From a virus (lineage: Duplodnaviria > Caudoviricetes): a stretch of DNA of 64,000 nucleotides. The stretch lies in IMG/VR virus record IMGVR_UViG_3300050821_010560, positions 1,927 through 65,926 of that record. One strand, 5' to 3'. The position numbers were made by a program, and so were the translations under genes. Of the stretch, positions 28,357-38,257 are shown piece by piece (positions within the stretch are counted from its first letter, which is position 1; each line of letters starts with the position of its first letter). The notes beneath the pieces are model-generated. The model did not search any database. It was not told where the DNA came from and worked only from the letters and a program-made list of their open reading frames with translations.

Positions 28357-28947
28357 CTAGCGTGCGTTGCGCACTTCCATCAAAGCTTCGCCCGTCATCT
28401 TCCGCAACAACGGCTCGTTCTCGCCCTTGGAATCGATGAGCTTCTTGATGTCATCGGAGCCCTCGGTCGGAACCTCGAGAAAGTTCCACGCACCGGACCC
28501 GTTCGGCGTGACCGGCACCTGTGGCGGATGCAGCCGCTCGAAGTAGGCAACACCGACATCATGGTCAACGATGCCGTGCTTCTCCATCAAGTCTTCGACG
28601 GCCTTGATGCCCTCATCGGTCCACTTCTGCTTCTTGAGCGCAGCGCGTCCGGCGGCAAAACGCGTATTGAGATCCCCGATCTTGCGATCCTGTTCGGCCT
28701 TCGCCTCTTTATCGGCTTGTTCCTTCTTAAAATCTTCCAACTGCTTGGTGACACTCGCCACCGCATCCTCGACCGGCTTAGCCTGGTCAAGCTCGGGAAT
28801 CACCGCTGTCGGATCGAACTCTTTACGCGCCTCGAGAATCTTGCGCCGCGACTTGGGATTCGCAAGCATCTTCTCGACCGTCTCGCGCAGAGCCTTGCTC
28901 TGCAAAAATTCAGCCTCGTCGACCTCGATGGTCTTCGCCGTCATCAC
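28357..28947 (-). CDS. capsid scaffolding protein
   Basis: Charged coiled-coil protein directly upstream of the MCP. Confidence 0.6.
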   Translation of the reverse strand: MMTAKTIEVDEAEFLQSKALRETVEKMLANPKSRRKILEARKEFDPTAVIPELDQAKPVEDAVASVTKQLEDFKKEQADKEAKAEQDRKIGDLNTRFAAGRAALKKQKWTDEGIKAVEDLMEKHGIVDHDVGVAYFERLHPPQVPVTPNGSGAWNFLEVPTEGSDDIKKLIDSKGENEPLLRKMTGEALMEVRNAR

Positions 28948-29117
28948 TTGCTACCGGCGTTCGGAACGTGGCTGACGGACATGGCAGGCGACTTCATCTG
29001 GTTCGGCAGATGAGATTTCCGGCCACCGATCTCCTGCTGTTCCATATCGACCCGCACGATCTGCGAATCCGATTTCGGAACCGTCTTGGTTGAATCCTGA
29101 AAAATATTCACTGCCAT
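28944..29117 (-). CDS. 57-aa hypothetical protein
   Basis: Hand-translated MAVNIFQDSTKTVPKSDSQIVRVD...; strong RBS AGGAGG. Confidence 0.6.
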   Translation of the reverse strand: MAVNIFQDSTKTVPKSDSQIVRVDMEQQEIGGRKSHLPNQMKSPAMSVSHVPNAGSK

Positions 29118-29126
29118 GATGACCTC

Positions 29127-29522
29127 CTAAGCGCCCATTCCTGGCTGCCCGCCAGCACCGGGAGCACCGGGAGCACCAGCTTTGCGCATCTGCTGCATCT
29201 GCTGGCCCTGCTGCGCGTTTTGCATGGCCATCTTCTCGATGCTGTTCTTCTCGGCTGCCGGCGTGACCGCCCCCGGAGGAACATGCTTCGCTAGCATATT
29301 GAGCGCCTTCATCACATCCTTGCCGGGATCGCTGGCAATGCCGAGCATGGGCACCAACTGCTCGAGCTGGCGGATGACAACCCCAAGCCGCTGGAGCCCC
29401 GCCGCCTCATAGCCCTTGTTCGGCGTCGGCCCCGTTGCCGGAGACGTGCCGAACGGCGGAGGTTGTCCACCCTGAGCAGGAGGTTGAGGAGCGCCACCAG
29501 CGGCTGGGGCCATTTCCGGCAT
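29127..29522 (-). CDS. Pro/Gly/Gln-rich head-assembly-region protein
   Basis: 131 aa between portal and scaffold. Confidence 0.6.
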   Translation of the reverse strand: MPEMAPAAGGAPQPPAQGGQPPPFGTSPATGPTPNKGYEAAGLQRLGVVIRQLEQLVPMLGIASDPGKDVMKALNMLAKHVPPGAVTPAAEKNSIEKMAMQNAQQGQQMQQMRKAGAPGAPGAGGQPGMGA

Positions 29523-29533
29523 CAGGCGATGCC

Positions 29534-29578
29534 TTACTTCCGGCCGTGACGCCGGCCGCGCCGATTGCGAACGATCAT
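29534..29578 (-). CDS. 14-aa Arg-rich micropeptide MIVRNRRGRRHGRK
   Basis: RBS GGAG 6 nt upstream; first ORF of the head block. Confidence 0.5.
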   Translation of the reverse strand: MIVRNRRGRRHGRK

Positions 29579-29722
29579 GACGATCTCCATCGATGGGTGA
29601 TCCCGCCGCAGGCGGGGTCGATGCAGCATCCGGGCTTTACCCAGCCGAGACAAAGGCTATCTTCAAGCAACTAGCGGTTTTTCGCTTGATCTACCCCCTT
29701 TCAACGGGTTAAATTGGCCTGC

Positions 29723-29944
29723 ATGGCAAAAACTGACGCTCTCAACGGCAAAGAGCCTTATTTTTTCACCGCCAAAGAAGCCGCCCACTTCCTGCGGATC
29801 GAAGTCGGCACACTGTACGACTGGATGCATCAAAAAGGTGGCCCACCCTATAAACGCACCAACCGCGGACGCGGCGGACGTTACCGGCTTCCGCGCCAGC
29901 AACTGATCGACTGGGCTAACAAGACACAAAATAGAGAAACTTAG
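29723..29944 (+). CDS. excisionase-like HTH (HTH_17) DNA-binding protein
   Basis: FFTAKEAAHFLRIEVGTLYDW...GPPY...RYRLPRQQLIDW. Confidence 0.8.
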   Translation: MAKTDALNGKEPYFFTAKEAAHFLRIEVGTLYDWMHQKGGPPYKRTNRGRGGRYRLPRQQLIDWANKTQNRET

Positions 29945-30301
29945 ATGTTTCAAATCACGCTAACGTTCGGTCCAACCGGAACGCAGTGGGCACTTCTATT
30001 TCAGACGGAAGAAAAAGCAGTAGCCTCCTGGCAGCATGCTTCGCTCGGCAGCTCGGAATTTCTAACCCTCGAAGATGATTTTGGACAGACGGTAAATATC
30101 GTCAGGAAATCGCTCTACGGCTCCATGTTCGAAAGCCTGGAAAAATCCCAATTGGCGCATATCGAAATCGCACTCCACCGCGCCAGGCTTCAAGCCAAAG
30201 CTCAGCAGATGGCTTCCGCCGATCCCGGCTTGCGCACACTTGCCCGCGGTCCTGCGGTGATGACACCTTTCGAAGCTGGAAACCGCTTTAATGGACGCTA
30301 A
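29945..30301 (+). CDS. hypothetical protein
   Basis: 118 aa coupled to the HTH gene. Confidence 0.55.
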   Translation: MFQITLTFGPTGTQWALLFQTEEKAVASWQHASLGSSEFLTLEDDFGQTVNIVRKSLYGSMFESLEKSQLAHIEIALHRARLQAKAQQMASADPGLRTLARGPAVMTPFEAGNRFNGR

Positions 30302-32019
30302 CGCCCGCCCGCGGCTTTCTTCTTCATGATAGCCGGCAGCAGTTCGGGATGCTCGGCCGAAATCTTCGCCATGAACTCGGCTTCCTGCTTCTGCTTCTTG
30401 TGAAGCTCGGACTTCGCCTGCTCTTTGTTCGGCAAATTCACGTTGTCAATCACATATTCCGGCCCGACCACACCGGTCTTCAGGCTGGCGAACACGAGTT
30501 GCGAGGTCTCATCGGCAAATATAGGCGAGGAGCGGTGGCTTTCGACCGTGACCCGCCAGTCTTCCGGCAAATCGGTAAGATGGAAACCGGTTTCCTCCAT
30601 ATCCTTTACTGAATCCGCCTTCGTCCAATATTTGTGCGGGTCTTTCGCTTCCTTGATGCTCAAAGTTAGATCCGCGGCCATCGCACACTGGCGTTCCACC
30701 AATAGCGCCCGGTCGCGCAGCGTCGGCGAGGCGGTTTTTAACAAAGTTTCCGCATGTACACCTGCACGCACGCCTTGCTCCCCCTGTCCCTGAAGGATCG
30801 GCGGGAATCCACCTAACTGGTTGATGATCTCGATCATGAATCGGATGAGAGGCAAGGTTTCAGGGGGAATTTTAGGCGTCAGATCTTCAACCGACGCCCC
30901 CTGCTGCATGTTGTGGTAGCCGGTAGCGCGGAATTGGGCGTATAGTTCATCCGTCATCCCACCTTCACTGATGAACGCCAGCAGTTTATCAACCTGCATG
31001 CCAAAAAGCCGCTTGGCATCGTCGCACCACATCGCCAGAAGCGCCTGCGGCTCTATCAAGTCGACCAGTTCGCTGCGACCCCAGAAATAGTTGCTGACCT
31101 CGTTCGGCTGGATAAGCCGATAGGGCTGCATCCGGCTATCCTTGATCAACAAATTGGTGTGCTGGTAGCGCGGTGCGATCAAAACATCGGGCTCGACCAT
31201 GAGAATGGTCGTGTAATCCGTCTCATCCTGCACCCACAGCTCATGCACCTGTACCACATCGACCGCCACCTCCGGTCCCATGATCGCATAGTTAGGGTCA
31301 TTATTAAGCTGAACAATGCCGCCAGGTACCGGGCGAGTCATCGACTGCACGCCGGTATTCAACTGGCTGGTCGACAGCACTTGGTGGAAGAAACTCTGCG
31401 GCTCGGCCGTGGCCTGCCCTTTGGTAGCATGCTGCTTGATGCGACTGAACAGCTTTTCCGAGTTCGGCAAATGGTAAATGCGCCGCCATATCTCCGGCAG
31501 CGTCATCAATGTCGTCTCGCACAAAGCCGACTGCTTGTTGATGTCATTCTCGGCTTCCCGGTAGACACCGAACTGCCACGGCATCACCAGCTTCTTGTGA
31601 TAAACCGGCGTCTGGTCCGGCCCCTCCACCTGCGGCCATTGCTTGAGAATGCACGCTCCGTACAAGAGTGAGTCGTACACGCCACGACCGAAAAGCATGT
31701 CGGTATTGTTGCGCTCCCAATCCCGCGTGAGGGAGGAAGCCACGACCGCGGCGCGGTCGTAATAATTAGGCGGATACTTGTTCTCGAAGTCGATGGAGAA
31801 TTTAAGCTCTACCGGGGAAAACAGATGTGCCGCCATCCGGTCGAGATGGACGTGCAGCATGTTGATGAGCGCCTTGGTGCCGTCATAGCGGCCGGTCTCG
31901 GCAATCGCATGCATCAGCCGGCAATATGCAGCACGCACCCCGACACTAACCCGACACTGCTCGATGATCTCGTTCGCCCATGGGATGAGCGCGCGTTCAG
32001 TGTCGGGGATCGGGAGCAT
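30298..32019 (-). CDS. portal protein
   Basis: 573 aa downstream of TerL; YFWGRSELVDLIEPQ, GGFPPILQGQGEQGVRAG. Confidence 0.75.
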   Translation of the reverse strand: MLPIPDTERALIPWANEIIEQCRVSVGVRAAYCRLMHAIAETGRYDGTKALINMLHVHLDRMAAHLFSPVELKFSIDFENKYPPNYYDRAAVVASSLTRDWERNNTDMLFGRGVYDSLLYGACILKQWPQVEGPDQTPVYHKKLVMPWQFGVYREAENDINKQSALCETTLMTLPEIWRRIYHLPNSEKLFSRIKQHATKGQATAEPQSFFHQVLSTSQLNTGVQSMTRPVPGGIVQLNNDPNYAIMGPEVAVDVVQVHELWVQDETDYTTILMVEPDVLIAPRYQHTNLLIKDSRMQPYRLIQPNEVSNYFWGRSELVDLIEPQALLAMWCDDAKRLFGMQVDKLLAFISEGGMTDELYAQFRATGYHNMQQGASVEDLTPKIPPETLPLIRFMIEIINQLGGFPPILQGQGEQGVRAGVHAETLLKTASPTLRDRALLVERQCAMAADLTLSIKEAKDPHKYWTKADSVKDMEETGFHLTDLPEDWRVTVESHRSSPIFADETSQLVFASLKTGVVGPEYVIDNVNLPNKEQAKSELHKKQKQEAEFMAKISAEHPELLPAIMKKKAAGGR

Positions 32020-32022
32020 GCA

Positions 32023-32577
32023 TTACCCTCGCCTGCGGTACCCCGGCTGCAGGGTCTCCTTGGCGGGATTGTCCGACGATGCAGTGCCCATGGTCAACTG
32101 ACTATGATAGTCGTGCAATGCAGTGCGCATACGTGCCCCGGCGTTCGGGAAGGGGCCGGCCTGCACATCAGGGGACAGTTCCACGCCCTGTCCGCCCATT
32201 CCTGCATTGAACCCGAACGGCGAGCCCTTCGGCATGGCATCCATCATACGGGTTACGTCGTTGACCACCGGCATGGCCGCGATCTCGGCATCGCGCCGGT
32301 CGTTCATATTGGTGATCTTGAGATCCGCCATCTCGGACGCCGGCACACCCGCCATTTCAGCCGCGGCATGCATGCGGAACTCCGATCCCTTCTCTGCATC
32401 GCGGTAGACCTTATCCGTCGCCTTGGTCTTGGCGCTGAGAAATGCCGGGCAGGCGATCACGCCGTCATCAACCGGAGGGGCAGTATCGGCCCCGCAATGA
32501 CAGCAAAAACGGGGATAAGAACCATTGAAAGGAGTACGCCCACGACAAGCGGAACAAACTAGGCTAAAACCCATCAC
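32023..32577 (-). CDS. Zn-ribbon hypothetical protein
   Basis: CSAC...CCHCG. Confidence 0.55.
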   Translation of the reverse strand: MMGFSLVCSACRGRTPFNGSYPRFCCHCGADTAPPVDDGVIACPAFLSAKTKATDKVYRDAEKGSEFRMHAAAEMAGVPASEMADLKITNMNDRRDAEIAAMPVVNDVTRMMDAMPKGSPFGFNAGMGGQGVELSPDVQAGPFPNAGARMRTALHDYHSQLTMGTASSDNPAKETLQPGYRRRG

Positions 32578-34505
32578 CGCCGCCCATACCGCCAGCGGTC
32601 CCGGCTCATCGCCAACTGTGCTCTTGTCCGCATCTGCTGCTTTTCCTTGAAATAGTTACCCAGAGTGTTCTGGTTGAACAGCGTCACCTGGTCGATGATG
32701 CTCGCCCGCTTGCGTGCCGCCTCCGCCTCCCGCGTCTTCTTCTGCGTGATCAGCATCGGCCGCAAACGCGTTTCCCAATAGTAGACGGCAATAGCCGACG
32801 CCACAACCCGATCGTCCTTCATCGAAGCCGGCGCCCCGATGCTATCCCCATCCCGCGCTACCGTGGTCATCTCCTGTACCAGGTTGGTGGACCGAATGTG
32901 CACCATCTGGTTCGACACGAAATCGCGGAACCGCTCCATATAGGTCACCTTTAGCGGCGTCGTCGTCTTCGTATGGTAATTGTGACCCCCTCCCATGGAG
33001 TCCGGACGGGTGTAGATGTAAGTGCGCACGTTGGAAAACACGTTGCGCAAACCCTGCTCCTCGATCTTCTCGCGCTGATAGCCCTGCTCTATCCGCCTCC
33101 GCAGCGACTTCAACTCGTCGAACACCGACATGCCGGGGCCGTTCAGCTCGAGCATGTAGCCAATATCGGCGCGGCCGGACCCGTTCCTGCCCCCTCCATA
33201 CCAGCCGAGGAGCGCGGCGATGATCCAGGCCAGATGTCGCGTGGTCGTCAACGGCCACGCATATTCCGCCACCTGGTCGAGCCCGTCCGCGTAGCACTTA
33301 AAAATCTCGATCGACGAGCGGCAGTTGTGCTCGTTCTCGCCATAAGCCGGGTCGATGCCCATCACGTAGGAGGCATGATCCTCCGGCTCCTCCCACACTT
33401 TCAACTCGACCTGACTATAATGCTCAGCACGGTTCACCCGCATATCGGTGAACTCGACACCGCCAAGAAACATGTACTTATCGCATTTGCTGGTGACGTA
33501 ATTGTTGGACTGGTCGGTCAGCTTCTCCGCGGAGAAGAACACCGATCCAGTCTGCTGGAACGCCTCATCCTCGGTCCACGGCTGCTCCTGGACAAGCTCG
33601 GTATCTTCGGAGTCCGGGTCGATCTCATCGGACGGCACGATGGTCGGGTCCATCTTTCGCCTGATCCAAGCCAACTGCTCCAAGCTAATGTCGAACTCGT
33701 AATACTCCTTAACCAGCTTGATCTTTGCCAATTCCTCCTGCGTCGGAGGTTCGGTCGCATACTTGGCGAAATCGGTATCCGACCGGTCGATCTTCTGATG
33801 GTCGTGCGACCACCAGCCGACGAAGATGAAGACACAGTGGTCCGGATCTTCCTTCGCCGCCATGCACATCTTGTACCAGGAGTTGAACCCGCGGGCGGTC
33901 GACTCGTAAATGTACAAGCGATCGGGGTTGCGCTCGGACAGGGACTGCTCGAATGACTTGAGGCCGGCATCGTTGTCCCACGAGCAAAGCTCGGACGAAT
34001 GGTGGAACGATAGACCAACCGAGCGACCGAGCGTGCCGGAGGTCTTGGTCTTCTTGATGCCGGCCGACTTGAACAAAATGCGAGCGTCGTTGAGAAGGGT
34101 CAGCCCTTCCCGGTTGCCGGACCCGCCCTTGATGCCGGGGAATTTTATGGGCGGCGGGAGGTCGTTGATCATCTGCTCCAGTTCGGCCCGCGCGGAGTTC
34201 TTGTTCTCCGCGGAGTCGAAGACGAGAGCGCCCAGCATGCCGTTGTGCAGGCCGAGATAGAAAACGGAGAGGGCACGGGCGATGGTGGAGATGCCGAGCT
34301 GGCGGGACTTGAGCACGTAAACCTTGTGCTTGTCCTGCTCGAGGCCATCGAAGACGGCGGTAATGAAGCGGATCTGGCCTAGGAGAAGGTTTTCCCCCAG
34401 GCAGATGGGCGTACTGGAATCCTTTGAGTTAATGTAACAATGATTGAGGAATACGTAAAAGGCGCGCTCAACCTGAACGCGCTTGTTATGGAACCATCCT
34501 GCCAT
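32574..34505 (-). CDS. terL: terminase large subunit
   Basis: LKSRQLGIST (Walker A-like), HSSE (Walker B), ESTARG, GIDPAYG nuclease motif, KDDRV. Confidence 0.9.
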   Translation of the reverse strand: MAGWFHNKRVQVERAFYVFLNHCYINSKDSSTPICLGENLLLGQIRFITAVFDGLEQDKHKVYVLKSRQLGISTIARALSVFYLGLHNGMLGALVFDSAENKNSARAELEQMINDLPPPIKFPGIKGGSGNREGLTLLNDARILFKSAGIKKTKTSGTLGRSVGLSFHHSSELCSWDNDAGLKSFEQSLSERNPDRLYIYESTARGFNSWYKMCMAAKEDPDHCVFIFVGWWSHDHQKIDRSDTDFAKYATEPPTQEELAKIKLVKEYYEFDISLEQLAWIRRKMDPTIVPSDEIDPDSEDTELVQEQPWTEDEAFQQTGSVFFSAEKLTDQSNNYVTSKCDKYMFLGGVEFTDMRVNRAEHYSQVELKVWEEPEDHASYVMGIDPAYGENEHNCRSSIEIFKCYADGLDQVAEYAWPLTTTRHLAWIIAALLGWYGGGRNGSGRADIGYMLELNGPGMSVFDELKSLRRRIEQGYQREKIEEQGLRNVFSNVRTYIYTRPDSMGGGHNYHTKTTTPLKVTYMERFRDFVSNQMVHIRSTNLVQEMTTVARDGDSIGAPASMKDDRVVASAIAVYYWETRLRPMLITQKKTREAEAARKRASIIDQVTLFNQNTLGNYFKEKQQMRTRAQLAMSRDRWRYGRR

Positions 34506-34517
34506 GTCGGCAGGCTA

Positions 34518-34540
34518 CTTGCCCGCCACAGGCGGGTCAA
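34518..34540. repeat. palindromic element, short copy upstream of terL
   Basis: CTTGCCCGCC-ACA-GGCGGGTCAA. Confidence 0.6.
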
Positions 34541-34794
34541 CGCCCCCCAAAATGGCTGCGCGCCTCCCGCTGCTTGATCTCCTCCAGCGCTTGGGAGATC
34601 TTGGTCTGCAGCAACATGAAAAAGTGGGCTACGTCCTGCTTGGGATCAAGCGTAAGCTGCACCATGGCATTCTCGCCCAACGGCGGGACGATGACGAAAG
34701 CCCCGCCAAAATCCTTCGCGTCGTTGTGTTCAATGAGTTCAGCCATTCGGCGGAAGTGCCCTTCCGGTGTCGGCTTCTCCTGCTCACCGTTCAT
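34537..34794 (-). CDS. hypothetical protein
   Basis: FGGAFVIVPP; coupled to neighbours. Confidence 0.55.
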   Translation of the reverse strand: MNGEQEKPTPEGHFRRMAELIEHNDAKDFGGAFVIVPPLGENAMVQLTLDPKQDVAHFFMLLQTKISQALEEIKQREARSHFGGR

Positions 34795-35032
34795 CAGCCT
34801 TAGCCTTCTCAATTAAACGCGTAAGATACCAGTGGGCCTTTTGCAAATCTTCCACGTAGTTACATTTATTTGGCGCACGCGCAACATACTTTACTACTTG
34901 ACCTGCTAAAAACGCGTGCTGACAATTAGGAAAATACTGAACAATATCTTCGATTACATCAATTGTCTCAAATTTTCCTCGTGTGTAGTGGGAAGGATGA
35001 TTAACCGGATCGTCATCGGTACCGGTGGGCAT
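34784..35032 (-). CDS. DUF3310 (SaV-like) protein
   Basis: DPVNHPSHYT.GKFETID...GQVVKYVARA..K...EDLQKAHWYL. Confidence 0.85.
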   Translation of the reverse strand: MPTGTDDDPVNHPSHYTRGKFETIDVIEDIVQYFPNCQHAFLAGQVVKYVARAPNKCNYVEDLQKAHWYLTRLIEKAKADER

Positions 35033-35225
35033 AGACATTCTTAATCTCACTATTGAGAAACTGCCCAACCGAAGGCGCGTTCGAGCACTGGACGGCCACA
35101 TCCTCCGGCACGCCCTGATAGGCTGACACGCGCCCGTTCTTCCAAGTGACGAGAAGTTCGCCGGTCTCGTCATCGAAGCCGATGTCGGTTGCAACCGAGG
35201 AGAAGACGGATTTGGACCAGCTCAT
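35013..35225 (-). CDS. KTSC domain protein
   Basis: SSVATDIGFD...LLVTWKNG..AYQGVP...APSVGQFLNSEIK. Confidence 0.85.
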   Translation of the reverse strand: MSWSKSVFSSVATDIGFDDETGELLVTWKNGRVSAYQGVPEDVAVQCSNAPSVGQFLNSEIKNVYAHRYR

Positions 35226-35404
35226 TTCCCACCATTCTTCCGGCGATAGAGGTTACACCAGCCTTGACTCTCAATTTTCCCTTCAACCGCCGTGCAACTA
35301 TCCGGCTTAATGAACATCGTGCATCGTCCGCACCAGGCCCATCCTTTCGGCCAAGGGCGGTACTCGGCTTTCTGCTTGGATGTCTTACGGACTACCTCTG
35401 CCAT
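35222..35404 (-). CDS. HiPIP-like [4Fe-4S] protein without export signal
   Basis: AEY..P....CGRCTMF....SCTAVEGKI...GWCNLY. Confidence 0.7.
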   Translation of the reverse strand: MAEVVRKTSKQKAEYRPWPKGWAWCGRCTMFIKPDSCTAVEGKIESQGWCNLYRRKNGGK

Positions 35405-35736
35405 TTCTTCAGCGCATCCTGCATGATCTCGTGCACGATCGGTAGGAGAATCTCATCAGTATCTTCTATAGTTTCATCCGCGAATGCAAGAAACGGGATC
35501 TTAAGGATCTGCGGCTTGTTGCGGTCGTAGAAGGGGTTATCCTTGGGGATACGCCAGGCAATGATCCGCCGCCGGTCCCTGGCGTGCTCGCCTAGGCTCC
35601 AAAACTCACCCTCGCATTCGTCGGCTACCCGCGTGCCCCGCTGGCGGTTGGTAACCATCTGCTTCTGCGGCAAGCGGATATGCGCCTGCCGGTCAGGGTG
35701 AGCGGTGAAAAACTGGGAATCAGGGTCGGACGACAT
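35392..35736 (-). CDS. hypothetical protein
   Basis: Start 35736 MSSDPDSQFF. Confidence 0.55.
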   Translation of the reverse strand: MSSDPDSQFFTAHPDRQAHIRLPQKQMVTNRQRGTRVADECEGEFWSLGEHARDRRRIIAWRIPKDNPFYDRNKPQILKIPFLAFADETIEDTDEILLPIVHEIMQDALKKWQR

Positions 35737-36070
35737 GGCACTCGCACTCGCACGTCGCGTCACAAAACTTGCACCGTTTCCGGCACCTCTCGTGCTGCCC
35801 GTGATAGCAAGCCGTTGACAGATAGCTGTGCTTCGCATCAACGATCTTCTGCTGTGCCTCCCGAATCTTCTTAAAATCCTCGTCGTCCCGCTGCTGGATA
35901 GCCTGCAACCCCTTATCGGTAATAAAATAGTTGACGGCATCGGCCCGTCGCAGCAGACCTTTGGCCGCAAGATCAAGCGTCGGCTTCTCCCATCGACCAA
36001 TCGGGATCATCGACTGCCCTTCCTTGGCGATCAGGAGAACGGTCACCTCATCTTGCGACAATTCGCTCAT
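35720..36070 (-). CDS. hypothetical protein with Cys-rich C-terminus
   Basis: ACYHGQHERCRKRCKFCDATCECECH. Confidence 0.5.
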   Translation of the reverse strand: MSELSQDEVTVLLIAKEGQSMIPIGRWEKPTLDLAAKGLLRRADAVNYFITDKGLQAIQQRDDEDFKKIREAQQKIVDAKHSYLSTACYHGQHERCRKRCKFCDATCECECHVVRP

Positions 36071-36881
36071 CCATTATCTCCTCTGGCCAAGCATCGCTCA
36101 CCGCATTGATAGAACTAAACAATATGTTAATAATGTGCTGAGGTACTATTTTCGTGCGCATCGGGACTAATTTTGGCATCTGACCATTACGATAAAGAAG
36201 ATACGTTTCGTACCCTATTTCATCCATAAACTCACGTAACGATTCCTGAGATTCTCCCATCTGTTCAAGGGCAAAAGGATTCAACTCGCAGATAATGTAC
36301 GGAGGCCGCCATAACATCCACGATCGCCCTTTAAGGGCTTGCAACTCCGAACCTTCAATGTCTAGTTTGAGCACCTTGGTATCAGCATGGATACCCGCCG
36401 ACTCATCCAAAGTCGTCGCATCCACAACCCTCTGGGTAGTTTCTAACTTCGACTTCACATTGCCCGGCCACTTGCCGGGGTTCCACAGCGCACTGCCGGC
36501 AGTATCGTCCGCACTCGAATAGAACGTAACCGGCTCCTCCTTCGACCACACCGGTTTTGAGCAGCAGATAATCCTGCTGCCGTCGAGGTGCGTGTTGAGC
36601 TGCGCACTCTTGAGCATCTTCGTGCCGTGCACGAAGTCCGGTTCGAACGCGGTTACCCGTCCGGTGTTGCCGACGAGGGCCGCCATCATCAGCGTGAAGT
36701 ATCCAACGTTCGCACCCACGTCGACCGCGTGATCTCCCGGCTTGAGCGTGCGCAGCAGGAGGTGCATGATCTCCGGCTCGTAATTGATACCCTGGTTGAT
36801 CAGATGCTTGTCCGCCGGGAATGACGGATCAAGCTCCATCTGGAAATGGAAGCGGCCGGGTACGGTGAAAGTTTTGATCAC
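36048..36881 (-). CDS. FkbM-family SAM methyltransferase
   Basis: VDVGANVGYFT, VTAFEP, LKLDIEGSELQAL. Confidence 0.9.
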   Translation of the reverse strand: MIKTFTVPGRFHFQMELDPSFPADKHLINQGINYEPEIMHLLLRTLKPGDHAVDVGANVGYFTLMMAALVGNTGRVTAFEPDFVHGTKMLKSAQLNTHLDGSRIICCSKPVWSKEEPVTFYSSADDTAGSALWNPGKWPGNVKSKLETTQRVVDATTLDESAGIHADTKVLKLDIEGSELQALKGRSWMLWRPPYIICELNPFALEQMGESQESLREFMDEIGYETYLLYRNGQMPKLVPMRTKIVPQHIINILFSSINAVSDAWPEEIMDERIVAR

Positions 36882-38257
36882 GGCACTTCCCTCAATCGTT
36901 TGCGCAACGCCTTGTTAATATCCTCGAATACCGGCTCCCAACTGGCAGTCTTGTCCTGCAGGAAAAACCGGTGCTTCTTGTACCAGGGGATGTTGTTGCC
37001 CTTGTGCCCGTAGACGAAAGCGTGGCCAAAATAACTGTATGGTATCCAACATTCTTTGTCCGCGGAACCGGCGATGTGACCAAGTGCCGACTCGCAGCAG
37101 ATCACCAGGTCCAGATCCTGCAGGATGGTGACGGTATCCACCACGTCTCGGATGTACGGATCAAGCCGGCGGATCAGGCCGGCACATCCAGTATCGTCCA
37201 GCTCCTTCGCACGATCCCCGACCTGTAAGCCGTAAAGCTGAATACCGGAAGTGCGGTAAAGGTCGAGAAACCGGGTGACCGGGATGTTGCGATGAATGTC
37301 GATCTCATTAAGGGGGGAGCCTGCCCATGCAATCCCAATATGCAGCTTTCTATCAGGAACCTTCCAGGTCGGCAGCATCGAGAACACCGGGAGTTCAACC
37401 GAACGGGCATTGCGGATCTCCACGTCAGTTAATCCCAAGGCGAACGGCAGCGAGACAAAAGTAGTCCAGCAATCGGCCTGCGGAAAATTCATCGGCGCGG
37501 GCTGGAGGACAAGGTTGCGGATACCGGCAAAGGCGTGCGTGAAGGCGCGCATCAGCTCCGGCTGGATCATCGCATGAACAAATTTCGCCCGTTTAGCCGC
37601 CTGCGGGAGGAAACGGGCGAACGCCAGCGTGTCGCCCAGGCCCTGGTCGGCAACAAGGAAAACCGTCTTGTCGGGCTCACCCGTCCATTTTGGATAAGGG
37701 TAGTGCAGGAAGTTGTGCAGCTTGTACTCGAACCGGCGCTCGAAATGCTTCAAGCCCTTCGCCAGCTGTCCGTCGAAAAGATAGGCGAACGTCAGCGCCA
37801 TCTCGGTCATAGCATCCTGGCAAATATCGAACGCCTTCTGCGCATAGGTGACCGCGCGAAGGGTCTCGTTGCGCACACCGTAGATGACCGAAAGGTTCAG
37901 GTAAGGGACGTGCACGATCGGATTGAGTGAAATTGACTCGTTGGAAAAGGACAGTGCCTCGTCGGTCTGTCCGGCTTTGTGCAAGCACCATCCAAGAGAC
38001 GCGAGCGTCTTCGCCCGCTCCTCGGTAGTCATCTCGCACTCGAGCGTGCGGCGGTAGGCAGCAATCGAGGCTTCCAACTTTTGCAGATCGTAGTTGGCGG
38101 CACCCAACTGGTAGAAGGATTGCCAAAGGGTCGGGTCAGCATAGGCGGCGGCACAAAATAGCTGGTAGGCAGACTGTAAGTTGGTTGGATTGCTCTTGTC
38201 GTTCGCGGCTGCGGCACCCGCGTTGAAGAACTCTACTGCGGTCTTGCGATCGCCCAT
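36878..38257 (-). CDS. TPR-repeat glycosyltransferase (GT-B, GT9-like C-terminus)
   Basis: TPRs followed by DQGLGDTLAFARF, IGIAWAGSP..D.HR, LDLVICCESALGHIAG. Confidence 0.85.
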   Translation of the reverse strand: MGDRKTAVEFFNAGAAAANDKSNPTNLQSAYQLFCAAAYADPTLWQSFYQLGAANYDLQKLEASIAAYRRTLECEMTTEERAKTLASLGWCLHKAGQTDEALSFSNESISLNPIVHVPYLNLSVIYGVRNETLRAVTYAQKAFDICQDAMTEMALTFAYLFDGQLAKGLKHFERRFEYKLHNFLHYPYPKWTGEPDKTVFLVADQGLGDTLAFARFLPQAAKRAKFVHAMIQPELMRAFTHAFAGIRNLVLQPAPMNFPQADCWTTFVSLPFALGLTDVEIRNARSVELPVFSMLPTWKVPDRKLHIGIAWAGSPLNEIDIHRNIPVTRFLDLYRTSGIQLYGLQVGDRAKELDDTGCAGLIRRLDPYIRDVVDTVTILQDLDLVICCESALGHIAGSADKECWIPYSYFGHAFVYGHKGNNIPWYKKHRFFLQDKTASWEPVFEDINKALRKRLREVP

